NCBI GenBank assembly: GCA_017654855.1
Contig: JAFMPO010000001.1
Location: 372,001-436,000 of the forward strand
DNA length: 64,000 bases
Direction: 5' to 3'
Source of the DNA: Podospora anserina
Taxonomy: Eukaryota
Below, one piece after another: positions 38,580 through 49,168 of the stretch; position 1 is the stretch's first letter, and every line of letters starts with the position of its first letter. The notes below the pieces were generated by a model. The model had not been told where the DNA came from. It saw only the letters and a program-made list of their open reading frames with translations, and made no database searches. The position numbers and the translations under genes are program-made.

Positions 38580-39300
38580 ACATTCAAGAGGTTATGGGCA
38601 ATCCCTTCCTCTGGTTGAACTGCTGCAGGACCTCAGGATATTGTTCCAAATGCGTAGCGGGTTCCTAAGTATTATCCTTGTACCCATGCCCTACCCATTT
38701 AACCAGGTACTCTATCCGCCTTCCTTCTCGACGTAAGTCTAAATCTCCTTGACCTGGAAATACTTATCTTCTCTAATATCTTCGACTGTGGAGGTAGTAC
38801 TTAAAGAGAGGGCGCGCTACCTTAAGAAAGTCCTCCTTATTAATGATTTGCGCCGCTAAGTTTTAAATATATAATCGTCCCGCCCATAATTCGTATAGAC
38901 ATTCTACGAGATTTCTATTTCAAAAGCTACTACCCCGTCTACCTAAACGCGCTTAAGGACCGCTTTAAATAGTTATTCCTTAAAGCTTACGAAAGCGGCT
39001 TCGACTATCTTCTTATCCGAAGCGAACCTCCTTAAAAGTCGCGGCTTAAAAATACCGCGCTAACTTTAGCGGCGATTTAAGCCTTAGGTTAGTAATGGTC
39101 TTTAAGCCTGTAGTATTAGCGAGTTAGTATAACGTAGGCGTATCTACCGTTTAGTAAGGGCCGAAGTATTTATTTTGTGGCGCTTCCCTCGTAGCGGCCG
39201 GACAACATCCTCATCCTTGCCCTGCCTGGCGTTACTGCCCACAATAGGGCAGCAGTCCTTCTTACCGTTGGTAGTCGCAACGTCGTCGACGTAAACGATG
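38580..39300 (-). pseudogene. RIP-inactivated chromodomain-protein gene
   Basis: Minus frame with many TAG/TAA stops: ASFKE*-like segment (FVSFKE*LFKAVLKRV*VDGVVAFEIEIS*), then chromodomain YFQVKEI/DLRREGRRIEYLVKWVGHGYKDNT*EPATHLEQYPEVLQQF. Confidence 0.75.
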
Positions 39301-40324
39301 ACTGATGTTTTACTGAAAGTTGACCCGCCTCTGACGGGCGGACGGCTGTATAGACAGCTCGGTATGAGCCATCTCACGGTAGTTGTTGCTTTTATCCACT
39401 GACAGCCTCGGTATGCTTGGCCGATCTTCCTGTGCTTGTAGCTGCACGACAGAATTATCCTCATATTGCTCTCCTCTGTCGTCCGAAACGAGAGAATGAC
39501 GTTGTTCTGGGTCACTTGCCTGATCCCTATCGTCATGGCGACCACGATGCTGAGAGAGGTGGCAGCTGCCTGATTGTGGACTAACCCCACGACCGGAGGT
39601 GGCGTCATATGGGCTTTGGGGCTGAAGACGTGGCTCGGCATCCGCCGGCTCAAGCTCGCCAGCGAAGCACGAGTCTGGAAAGAGACCCGGACGGCGAGCG
39701 GGAGGTGGCTACGCGTGGGCGAAGCAAGAGCCGATTGAGAGAGTTGACAACAGGCAACAGAGTCAGTATTGTCCCAGAAGTTCCGGAGCTATCTCTCGTC
39801 TCCTATGAGTTGGCAAAGGAGAGGGAACGGGGAGAAGAGGAAGATCGATGGACCTTTGACCTGGCCCAGTCCATGGCACCACCCCAAGGCTCGCAGATCA
39901 AAGCAATGAACGGAAAACAATCAAAAGACCAAGCAACAGGAACGATCAACAACCAGTCGGTCCGCCCACATACCCCACCGAGAGCAGCAGAGGTGCCGTT
40001 GACGCCTGATGCGACGCCAAAGAGAGGCCGGCAAATAGTCGTGATAATGAACGCGGCGAGTTCTTCACCAGACCGAAGCCGTAGAGGATCGGACTAAGCC
40101 GGCATTACAAGCTTCCAGGAGCTTGGTAGGATCGGCTCTCTCACCACCACCGACCCCAGTCCAGAGCCGACACCAACTTTGGGGATAAAGAAGCAGACTA
40201 TCAACGGGCCTTTGACGATAAGTGCTTACAAGCCTGAGTTTCTAGCATCGACTCCGCCATCCCAACATGGAAGAGATTCAATCGTTTGCCCGAACACGGT
40301 TTGACGGAGACTGTTTCAGTCGGG

Positions 40325-40620
40325 GGAGGGAGGCCGGTGCCAGATCTTGATGAGAGGGTGGGACGAACGGAGAGGGCTCAATGGAGGGGATGTTTGGAGG
40401 ATGCGAAAAACACCAGGTTTTCTTGGGCGGAAGACATGGACATGGAGGATGGTGTCAAAGGGGGAGCACGAAATGGCTGCTCGTGCCGGATGTGGTGCAT
40501 GGGTTTGATTCGGCGAACTGGAGGAATGAATATCTCTGGGGGGATGAAGAGGCCAGGATGGATGCAGAGATGAAGACGATGGCTTATCAAAGGGAAGTGG
40601 CAGAGTGGCTGTGGGGGAGG
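40325..40620 (+). pseudogene. Alpha/beta-hydrolase C-terminal fragment
   Basis: RPVPD...RFSW..E / KWLLVPDVVHGFD...DAEMKTMAY..EVAEWL, containing the HGF catalytic-His motif and a frameshift. No N-terminus is visible. Confidence 0.5.
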
Positions 40621-41150
40621 TTGTTTGGATGGTTGTCAACCGGGGAGGACTTGACTATCCCACCAAGCCAGTATGGTCTGCAGGTCGTGATGGGGTTTGG
40701 GTTCGGGTTCAACATTGGGACGTTGCTGATGATGATGCCGCTTGCGGTCAAGCAAGAGGATATGCGTATGTTGTCTGGCGTCCTGTTGTCAACTCTCAGC
40801 TAACTATTGCCCCTGTTTACAGCTGTCACCATGGGGACTGTCACACAAATCCAAGTGTTGGGCGGGACTATTGGCCTGGCTGTTTGCTCAGCTTTGTTGC
40901 GTAGTCATGTCTGTTCTAGCACTGCCGGGCTTGAACTGACTGATGAGCAAGCGTCTGCCGCTTCCAAGGCTCCTGAGGCCCTTGGAGCGGTGCCGTTTGA
41001 AGATTTAATTCTGGTTAGACAGGCCTATGCGGATGGTTATACTCGGTAGATGAGGGCAATGCTATACTTTTGTGTTGCCGCCATGGTATCGCTTCTGTTT
41101 CTTGCGGAGAAGCACCCACGAAGGTTACGAACAAGGAAGGTGGAGAGCTA
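40621..41150 (+). pseudogene. MFS (DHA2-like) transporter C-terminal fragment
   Basis: QYGLQVVMGFGFGFNIGTLLMMMPLAV / intron / AVTMGTVTQIQVLGGTIGLAVCSALL...VRQAYADGYTR*MRAMLYF, with a CAG->TAG-type stop. Confidence 0.7.
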
Positions 41151-41299
41151 GCGGCCCCCGTATGGTTAATGTTGTCACGATGCGGTTTCATTTGGCTTCG
41201 TGATGGATACATAGGTATTATACAAGTACGCCACAGATAAAGCGATCCATTTTCATGTCTCTAGACATTCTTACACACCATGCAAAATGTCTATCTAGA

Positions 41300-43153
41300 C
41301 TAGATAGTCAATCTTGTCGCGTTTCCAGCAACGTAATCGGCGACGAGCGCTTGTGCGTTTTCGATGGCTTTTCTAATCTCTTGGACCTGAACTCCAGCCA
41401 GCCTAGCTTGGGTTTTGGCCTTGCGGGTAGCTTCCCGAGCATTGGCAGCCTTCTGTTTGGCACTAGCGATTGCCTGGGCTGCATTCGCACAGAGTTGCCG
41501 TATTTCGTCGTCCACGTCACCGCTGAGGGCGAAGGGATCCCAGTCGTCCAGCTCCTCGTCTTCCTCTGTGGGCTGTTGGATCAACAATTCGTGCCACCGC
41601 CCGGCCCTATCATTTTCCGGGGCTGCTTTGCCGTTCGCAAGAAGGTATTTTATGCCTTTGCGAGCAGGGGAATCTGTGGCTGGACGATACCAGTCTATAA
41701 TCGGGTTGTCTTGTGTTCCCTCACTCTTCCCTCGACGCCAAAGCTTTTCGGATGTGATATTCACCTCCACGCCGCCAACTTTGATGGTGAACTCGTCCGG
41801 AATGATGATTGACAAAGGTATCTTGGGCACTTTGGCCTCCTCCCAGTTGACATCCACATCGGGTGCATCTTGGTTTGTCTTGTTGCGCTTAGACGGTCTT
41901 GGATCTTCTGGCGGCCCCTCGTTTGGCCGTTTCCTTGAAAGTCTGGTCTGGTTCCCTAGACTGGCATTCCCACGCCCTTCAGTTGCGACTTCGCTTGATC
42001 CTACCCCGGTCTGTGGTTTTGGGTGTTGTGACTTCTCGAAAAGCACGTCCAGATAGCTAGACTGAAGGAAATTATTCATAACCATTCTATATTTTGTGAC
42101 GTCGGCATCGAGCTCAGCCGCGTCGGACTTGAACCAGGTGTCGATGGCGGACAACCTTTTCACCAAATCTCTAGCCTCAGCTAGAGTTTTGGGAGGCGTC
42201 TGGATATTGTGCGTGATCTTCTCGTACAGCAGGATGTAAGCCAGAGCCACGTCGAACATTGCATTTTGGGAGCTGATAGGGACGCAGTGGCTGAACGAGC
42301 GGAACCATAACTCATCGGTGTCTTCGTCAATCACAATGTCGTTTGCTTGCAAATCCTTGGAAACCAGTCCATATACCAAATTGAGGGTCTTGACACCATC
42401 GAGTAGTTTTTCAAGGTGAGCCATTTTGAAGGGTCGCTTCTTGTCTGCAGTTGAAAAGGTATTGATGTTGGGACCCCTTGCGGCCTGTGTGAGGTAGCCC
42501 ACCACCGACTTCTTTTCGAGGACAGCATGGTGAAAGCGGCCAAGGATTTGATCGTTGGGGCCGGTAAGAATCCGATGAAGAACGTACAGATTGCGAAGGC
42601 AATGGGAGATTGTCTTTGCATCTTTCGTGCAGTAATATCTGAAATCGGCCTCAACGACGCGGCCTTCCTTGATTGGGCCTCCCTTTTCGCCGACAGTACT
42701 GATGTAAGCCACCCTGTCTACCTGGCCTGGTCTCCGGATCAGCTCCAGGAGCTTATTTCGATAAACAAACCCGCGAAACCCACGTCCTGTCGGCTTCACA
42801 GCCTCGTGCTTCCTATCAACATAGGAAGGCTGGATGGGTACCGTGGATTTACCCGAAGAAACAAGGTTTCCATCGGTATCTGCCACGAAAGTCTGATGTG
42901 CAGGAGCCAGCTTGTCGCAGATGGCCGGCAGCCAGGTTCTGGCGTGCTCGTAAAACTTCTTTTCTGATTCGATTCGGCGCACATGGTTGTCGGGGATCTT
43001 GGGAACTGCTTCGGTAGCAAACTGGAGTTGCATGTACTGTCGGCGCTCCTGGTCGAAAAACACACAGGAATAGTGCGTGTCATCCCATTCGTCGTGTTCA
43101 AACACGAACCTTCTGTGTTTGGGAATCATGGCGGTTGTCGTCTGATCGTCCAA
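41300..43153 (-). CDS. Protein kinase-like (probable pseudokinase) with C-terminal coiled coil
   Basis: Intact 617 aa ORF. KLLELIRRPGQVDRVAY, VVGYLTQ, LNLVYGLVSKDLQANDIVIDEDTDELWFRSFS and IDWYRP follow a fungal kinase-like family layout. Confidence 0.65.
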   Translation of the reverse strand: MDDQTTTAMIPKHRRFVFEHDEWDDTHYSCVFFDQERRQYMQLQFATEAVPKIPDNHVRRIESEKKFYEHARTWLPAICDKLAPAHQTFVADTDGNLVSSGKSTVPIQPSYVDRKHEAVKPTGRGFRGFVYRNKLLELIRRPGQVDRVAYISTVGEKGGPIKEGRVVEADFRYYCTKDAKTISHCLRNLYVLHRILTGPNDQILGRFHHAVLEKKSVVGYLTQAARGPNINTFSTADKKRPFKMAHLEKLLDGVKTLNLVYGLVSKDLQANDIVIDEDTDELWFRSFSHCVPISSQNAMFDVALAYILLYEKITHNIQTPPKTLAEARDLVKRLSAIDTWFKSDAAELDADVTKYRMVMNNFLQSSYLDVLFEKSQHPKPQTGVGSSEVATEGRGNASLGNQTRLSRKRPNEGPPEDPRPSKRNKTNQDAPDVDVNWEEAKVPKIPLSIIIPDEFTIKVGGVEVNITSEKLWRRGKSEGTQDNPIIDWYRPATDSPARKGIKYLLANGKAAPENDRAGRWHELLIQQPTEEDEELDDWDPFALSGDVDDEIRQLCANAAQAIASAKQKAANAREATRKAKTQARLAGVQVQEIRKAIENAQALVADYVAGNATRLTI

Positions 43154-44067
43154 GCAGGCAGGTAAGTACTGATGTTACCCGTACTTGCCATTTTCTAGGT
43201 TATTAATGGTGCTGAGTAGGGATTTTAAACAACGATTCGCGACAACAAAGAAGTCGACATCTCGATCCGGAGACAGAGGCTTCCACGTTGGTGACCCGTC
43301 CTCAGCACTGCACAAAGGCACTGTCAGACTCGGCACACTTCGTACCTTCGTTTTGTGAGCCTGAACAATGGACAGGCTGCAATTGAAGACCCACTGTTAG
43401 CTGAGATTATTTCTTTGCTGTAAAAATGGATCACTCGACTACCCTCTCTAACAGCGGTGAGTAGCAGTGTTGCTGCGCCATGCTGAGGACAAGACCCGTT
43501 GGTTTTACATGAAGATGTGACCATTTCGGTTGACGACTTCCCCTTCCGTTTGTTTGGCTGCAGCCTCGGGGGGGGGGGCTTCATAAGCACTCTCCCAGAG
43601 GATTTGGTTATTTGGGTCTGATATATGGTTCCTGGCACTCTTCTCTCGAGATGAGTGATGTCTCTTTCCATCCTCGATGCCTTTCACATACAGTCGGGGA
43701 TTACGCCACCTGTCAGGCATCCTGTGTCCCATCTTATCAAGACGAGGCTAATTCTTGGGGACCCCACAACCACCATGATTGGATGCTGGCGCTTTCCACC
43801 GTTCTTTGCAACCTGTCGCGGTGATGTTCCAGACCTGCAACCCCGACAACCAGAGAGGCCAATGATCAAGTGTAACCGCTGCGGAATTTATTTAACGCGC
43901 ACTTATGCCCTTGACTTTTCATTACTTGCTTAATGCACACATTTCTTTTTGACGGATCAGAAACTCGTCCCGTCATCGCTTGTAGCTGACAAGTTGTCAC
44001 CTTCTGCACACTTCCCTGACACCTCCACACACCACTGCCCAATGCAGCAAACAGTCTCGCATCTCAA

Positions 44068-45596
44068 TCAAACAATAACCCCAGTCGGAAACGCCGCTGC
44101 ATGCACATTTTCCCCAGCATGGCAGAGTTGCGGAAACCCAACAGACATATACGCCACTCCCGCAAGTTGTTCCTCTCCGCCAACAGCATACCCATACTGC
44201 ATCAGCCCGGTTTGATCAGCATACGTCTCCGTCTGCACATCCTGCCCATTGTCGACCACATACTCTCCCGCCATAGCAGGAAGCCGAATCATATCGATCG
44301 GCAGCGGAAGGGAAGGCAATGACACCGCACTGCCAACAGGTGCAGGGATCCCTTGCCCGGACCCCGTCGGACCAGGTGGAACCTCGAGACAGATTTCGGG
44401 TACCGAACCCGGCGCCAGCACTGACCCGGCAAACTGCGGATCGGGGGCGAGGTCACTCATGTCGGGTGGGAGTTCGAGGTGAAAGTCGTTGGCGTTGGGG
44501 TTGTAAGCGGCGCTTCGTTTGCGGTATTTCGGTTGAAGGGTTTTGGCCGGCCAGACGTGGATGACGGAATGGTCGTCTGTTTACGGTGGCCACTGGTCAG
44601 CAGTTGGATGAATCGTGGGAATGGAGGTGCTCCATACCAATCTGGCCAGCCTTAAACGATGCCTCTGCTTTGGCAACATGGAATATTTCCTCCAGGATTG
44701 GCCTCTTTGCCCCATTTCGGGGCTCTTCTTGGAACCAGGTTGAGATGGTCTCCATGACTACCGATTCCAAGCGTCCAATGTCAAAATTAGCCACTTGGAT
44801 CTCGGGATGCTGTCGGTGGTGGGGCTCCGTGATGAGTCTGATAAGGTGAACAAGGAGACGAATTCGCGCTGCAGTTTAAAGTATTAACACTGGACACATT
44901 TGTGAGGAAAGGCGGGAACCTAACGTGTCTTGGGAATGTAGGAAGGGTCAACATGTCGAATTCTGTCATTCTCGTCCACCCCACCATCTTGTGGCCACCA
45001 AGGCGGCGCGGCGCTGTCGCCTTTGGTATAAGGGTAGTGATGCTTCTTCTTTGGGGCGATGATCTTGATCAGGATTCTGGCCAGGATGATGCATCCTCGC
45101 TGTTCAAAGAGTTGGAAACGTCCATCATAAAACTGCCACACAGCTTCTGCGTCCCCGATTCTGAGCGTGTCCGTCTTGATACTCCGCTGGGTTTGGGTCT
45201 GGGTTGAGGGCTGGACCGGTAGCTGTAGGGGCGTCGACACCGGCATCAAAGACTGGCAATTCGGCTCATAGGCATATCCGATCGACTGCGGATCTACGGC
45301 AAGCATCATACCGGCACTGTGGTATAAGCCGATCGGTTCTGTAAAGCTTGGGTTAGTGCTGGCAAGGACAAATTGGAACCCGGGCTGCCAATGTTCAAAC
45401 CTTGATGGTGATTGCCACCTCCATATGTGGGATCTGGCGGTTGATGATGCGGGAAACTGGCCTGATGGGAATAGGGGTCGAATGAAGTGTATGCCAGGTC
45501 CAGGAATGCAGGGTCCAGAGGCAGCAACTCGTCATCAACAGCCATGGTGTTCGAGCTGATGATGACCGCTGGGGGAATTAACCCTTCAAACTCCAT
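44068..45596 (-). CDS. DUF2841 (YDR124W-like) protein, divergent, 3 introns
   Basis: LRIGDAEAVWQFY..RF..C..LARILIKIIAPKKKHHYPY..APPWWP and RIRLLVHL. Introns with CTAAC-like branch sites restore the frame. Confidence 0.7.
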
Positions 45597-47059
45597 TGTG
45601 CTTCTGTTTGCTGAATCTTTGGTATCCTGTTGGGTAGCAGAGATTGCTTGGAAAACGGAAATCGACAAGGACAGGAAAAGGATGTTGACCTCGAAAGCTC
45701 CAGAGCATTGGCACGGCCTTGCAATCGAAATCCACATCCACAAGACGGTTTGCAACACGGCAGAAGCTGCATATCACGCTGCATGGCGTGCACCTCTCAC
45801 GATGCAGCGCCATTGGACATGCCATATCACCCAACATCAGAGAAAGGACGGCTGCAAACACTGCAGAGCAGCATTAGTTGTGCTGCAGGTTTCAACGTTT
45901 ACGGAACGGAATTTGGGGGGGAGGGTGATCCTATTGAGAACTTCAGATCCCCGCTCCCGTCTCTAAGAGTATTTTGCTTGAAATCCCATCCACAATATGC
46001 CCTTGGAACACCTTCCTTAGTCATAACGACGTCGAGTCTCCAAGCAAGCGTTCTGCACGTCAAGGCCTGGGCAAAGAGCAGGCAGCTGAAAACTGCTGTT
46101 GTCCAGTTGGGCAAGCGACGAGCGACTTATGCAGGGCATTTTTGCCCCAAGCCGGAGTTGGACTGGTTGCAAACCTCAGCCCAGTGTTCTGCCCCGGATA
46201 CCTCCCGATGGGATCATAGACTCTCTGACACTTGAGAGTCCCTTTTGGGCCCTGGTTGTCTTGAAAAGTGTCTTAGTACAGTACCTGTTGGTCATTCGTG
46301 CACGTCACGCCGATCCGTTCTTGGAGCGTCACCTGCTTTACCCAAACTGCCACCGACAACGCAAGAGGCCAATGGGACAAACAACCCCGTTGAGGAGCGG
46401 GGCCTTGAACAATGCGAGCTGGAGGCTGAAGCGGGAGGCCAGTAATTGGTTTAGCATGAGTGAGTAACAAGAGCTGAGGATGTAGCATATCGGTATAAGC
46501 CATACGGAAGAAAAACACGAACCACATCACCTCCATCCACTGTTCTCAAGGGATTGAGCATCGATTCTCGTATTTACACGCAGCAGAATGAGCGCTCCTG
46601 TAGGTGTAAGGTATCAAAATACCTAATGATCTCATCACCACCTGAAGGATACACATTGAAATGCCCCTCGTCTTAGAGTTTGTTGTTTTATAGATGTTTA
46701 TCGGCAGCGACCTTGTCCTCGGACAAGCCCGGCAGTATGATCCCGCCCAACAAAACAAGAGAACAATACTTGCTGGTATTCATCCGACAGGGCCGTGACA
46801 GATTCCTAAAACGTGAGTGTTGAGTCTCGAAACAGAAAATTGATCAAGTTGTCATGGCCTCCTCCAGCTGTCACCGTCTGTCCGCCACCTGGTGTTCTGC
46901 TCAGGGGCTATCAGAGGTGCGGCTGAGATGGGTGTAACCAGCCTCCTCGTTGCTCAAAAACAAATGAATATGCCTACCAGGGTTGCGCTTCACAATCTTT
47001 TCCGGTCAGACTCGACAGTTTCCGAATGCCTGTCTGAATATGACAAGTCGGACGAGATC

Positions 47060-49021
47060 ATGTCTACCAAAGAGATTTTCAAGCACTCCTCGTTGCTCCC
47101 TCCCGGCGAGATCCGGCTGCTGTCACTGGTTCCTTCTTCGTCAACGCTCAACTTCCGCCTCATCACAACCCCACTTTCCTCTCCGGTTCCGTACCTCGCT
47201 CTCTCTTACGTCTGGGGAACACCCAAAACAGCGTCCGACTCATCTGCGCCATCAATCTCGGTAGACAACCAACCCTTCATTGTCACCCCAAATCTGCACT
47301 CGGCGCTCACCTCGCTTTTGACTCCTGAGCTCCAGTCCGGTCTGCCAATATGGGTAGATGCGGTCTGCATCAACCAAGTGGACAACGTCGAGAAAGAAGG
47401 CCAGATTAAACAGATGGATCAGGTCTACCGCAACTCTGAAAGGGTTATTGTCCACCTTGGCGACAGTCCCAATCCCGACACGGCAAGAGCGGTGCAGCAG
47501 CTGAGAAGACTGGGAAAGAAGGTGTGGGATGCTGACGCGGTCATCCTGCGGGAGCAGGATATGCAGCATTGGCCCAATTTCGACCACCTCGATGATGAAC
47601 CTGAGGAAAAAAGGAGGCGAACTGCGGTTAGAGACAAGATCTTCAAAATGATCAAGCAAGAGAGGGGTGGAATAACCTGGCCGCGCCCCAAGATTCCTGC
47701 GTCGGCAGCGTTGGATTTGTTCCATCGGCCTTGGTTCGGCCGGGCTTGGGTTATTCAGGAGCTTGTCATGGCACCTGACCATGAGCGAGGTGATGGCGGC
47801 TGCGTGTTTGCTGTTGGGGCGGAGAGGATTAGATGGGAGCATCTCTGGGCTGCGCATCTCTTTTTGGTCTTGTGGTTCATCTTGGAAGCAAGGTCGATCG
47901 GAAACGCAAAGACTTATCTCGGGAAACTGATTGCTTTTGGCGTCTATGTCAGAAGAATTGGCATGATTCCGAGAGCCTTCAGCGCCAGGGCGGCGCAAAC
48001 ACTGGGTCTGAGGAAGAAGTACTTGCAAGGAGAGCTTGGCCTTCGCTTGAAGGACTTGCTTCTGCAGCTCTATGTTGGAGATTCCGGAGGCTTGTTAGGG
48101 TGTAGATATCCCCAGGACAAGGTCAATGCATTGAGAGGGATGTCCAGTGATGGAGAAATGCTTGACAGGTTTATGTCACCAGGGGCGGATTGGGTAGACG
48201 TCTACACTTCACTAGCCAGGTATTTGTACGAAGATGGGGATCTAGGCTTTCTTGGTCTGTGTCGGCAGCGAAATCCCAGACTACCTTCTTGGGTCCCGGA
48301 CTGGTCGCAACAACAACGTCCCCCGTGGCTGGGCTACAGCGGCGACAAGGGAATACCGCTCTACAATGCCGGGGGTGACACCAGAGCTGAGGTGCTTGCT
48401 AGGGGTGAAGATGGCCGCGTACTCGTACTCAAAGGTTACATCGTGGACACAATCCAAGATGTTGGATCTTTGTGGGTTGCTGACCTCGCCGACGATTTCA
48501 ACTGGGAGTCGGCCAAGTTGCGTATCGATGATATTGACCGGTTCCTATCTCTCAGCGAGAAGTACACACCCCAGACGGCCAGGTGGCGTATAATGTCGGC
48601 CGACAAGGAACTGAACGATGTGATGCATCAACGGCGAGCCACCCAGGTGTCCCAAGAATCATTCGCGCTGTTGGAAAGCGCAACAAAACTATACGACCCC
48701 GGAGCTGGTTCATTTGGGGCTTGGTACCTTACATACCGCAATGTTCTGATGTCACTTTATGGAAGCCGAGCTTTTATTTCGAATAAAGGGTATGTCGGGC
48801 TGTGCCCGGGCACAGCGGATCTGGAAGACACGATTTTCATTCCCAGCGGGAGTCATTGCCCTTACGCCATCCGAAAGCAACCCGCCCCAGCCTCCGTCTC
48901 CGACGCGGAAGAAAGATGGATATTGCTGGGTGAGGCATACGTCCATGGCATCATGGATGGGGAACTTGAACTGGGAAAGCCTACATCAGGCATCACCGCA
49001 AGCATGTTCTCACTGGCGTAA
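47060..49021 (+). CDS. HET-domain (HET-6-like) heterokaryon-incompatibility protein
   Basis: EIRLL, YLALSYVWG, VTPNLHSAL, IWVDAVCINQ..EKEGQIKQMDQVY, WFGRAWVIQEL, LPSWVPDW and GEAYVHGIMDGE. Confidence 0.93.
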   Translation: MSTKEIFKHSSLLPPGEIRLLSLVPSSSTLNFRLITTPLSSPVPYLALSYVWGTPKTASDSSAPSISVDNQPFIVTPNLHSALTSLLTPELQSGLPIWVDAVCINQVDNVEKEGQIKQMDQVYRNSERVIVHLGDSPNPDTARAVQQLRRLGKKVWDADAVILREQDMQHWPNFDHLDDEPEEKRRRTAVRDKIFKMIKQERGGITWPRPKIPASAALDLFHRPWFGRAWVIQELVMAPDHERGDGGCVFAVGAERIRWEHLWAAHLFLVLWFILEARSIGNAKTYLGKLIAFGVYVRRIGMIPRAFSARAAQTLGLRKKYLQGELGLRLKDLLLQLYVGDSGGLLGCRYPQDKVNALRGMSSDGEMLDRFMSPGADWVDVYTSLARYLYEDGDLGFLGLCRQRNPRLPSWVPDWSQQQRPPWLGYSGDKGIPLYNAGGDTRAEVLARGEDGRVLVLKGYIVDTIQDVGSLWVADLADDFNWESAKLRIDDIDRFLSLSEKYTPQTARWRIMSADKELNDVMHQRRATQVSQESFALLESATKLYDPGAGSFGAWYLTYRNVLMSLYGSRAFISNKGYVGLCPGTADLEDTIFIPSGSHCPYAIRKQPAPASVSDAEERWILLGEAYVHGIMDGELELGKPTSGITASMFSLA

Positions 49022-49168
49022 TTGGATTTGGTCTTCATTGCCATCATCATGGTAGTGCCCGAACGCCGTTAAATCAAAAGCCAGCCCATCCTAGTAGCCC
49101 AAACGCCTCCAATTAATGCATCTCACCCTCGAGTTCTCGGCCAACGTGCAGCCCTAGTCTCTGATCGT

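Noticed and set aside
41300..43153. Possible Spok meiotic-drive gene
   Set aside because: Lacks the Spok order of N-terminal coiled coil, nuclease, Cys cluster and C-terminal kinase.
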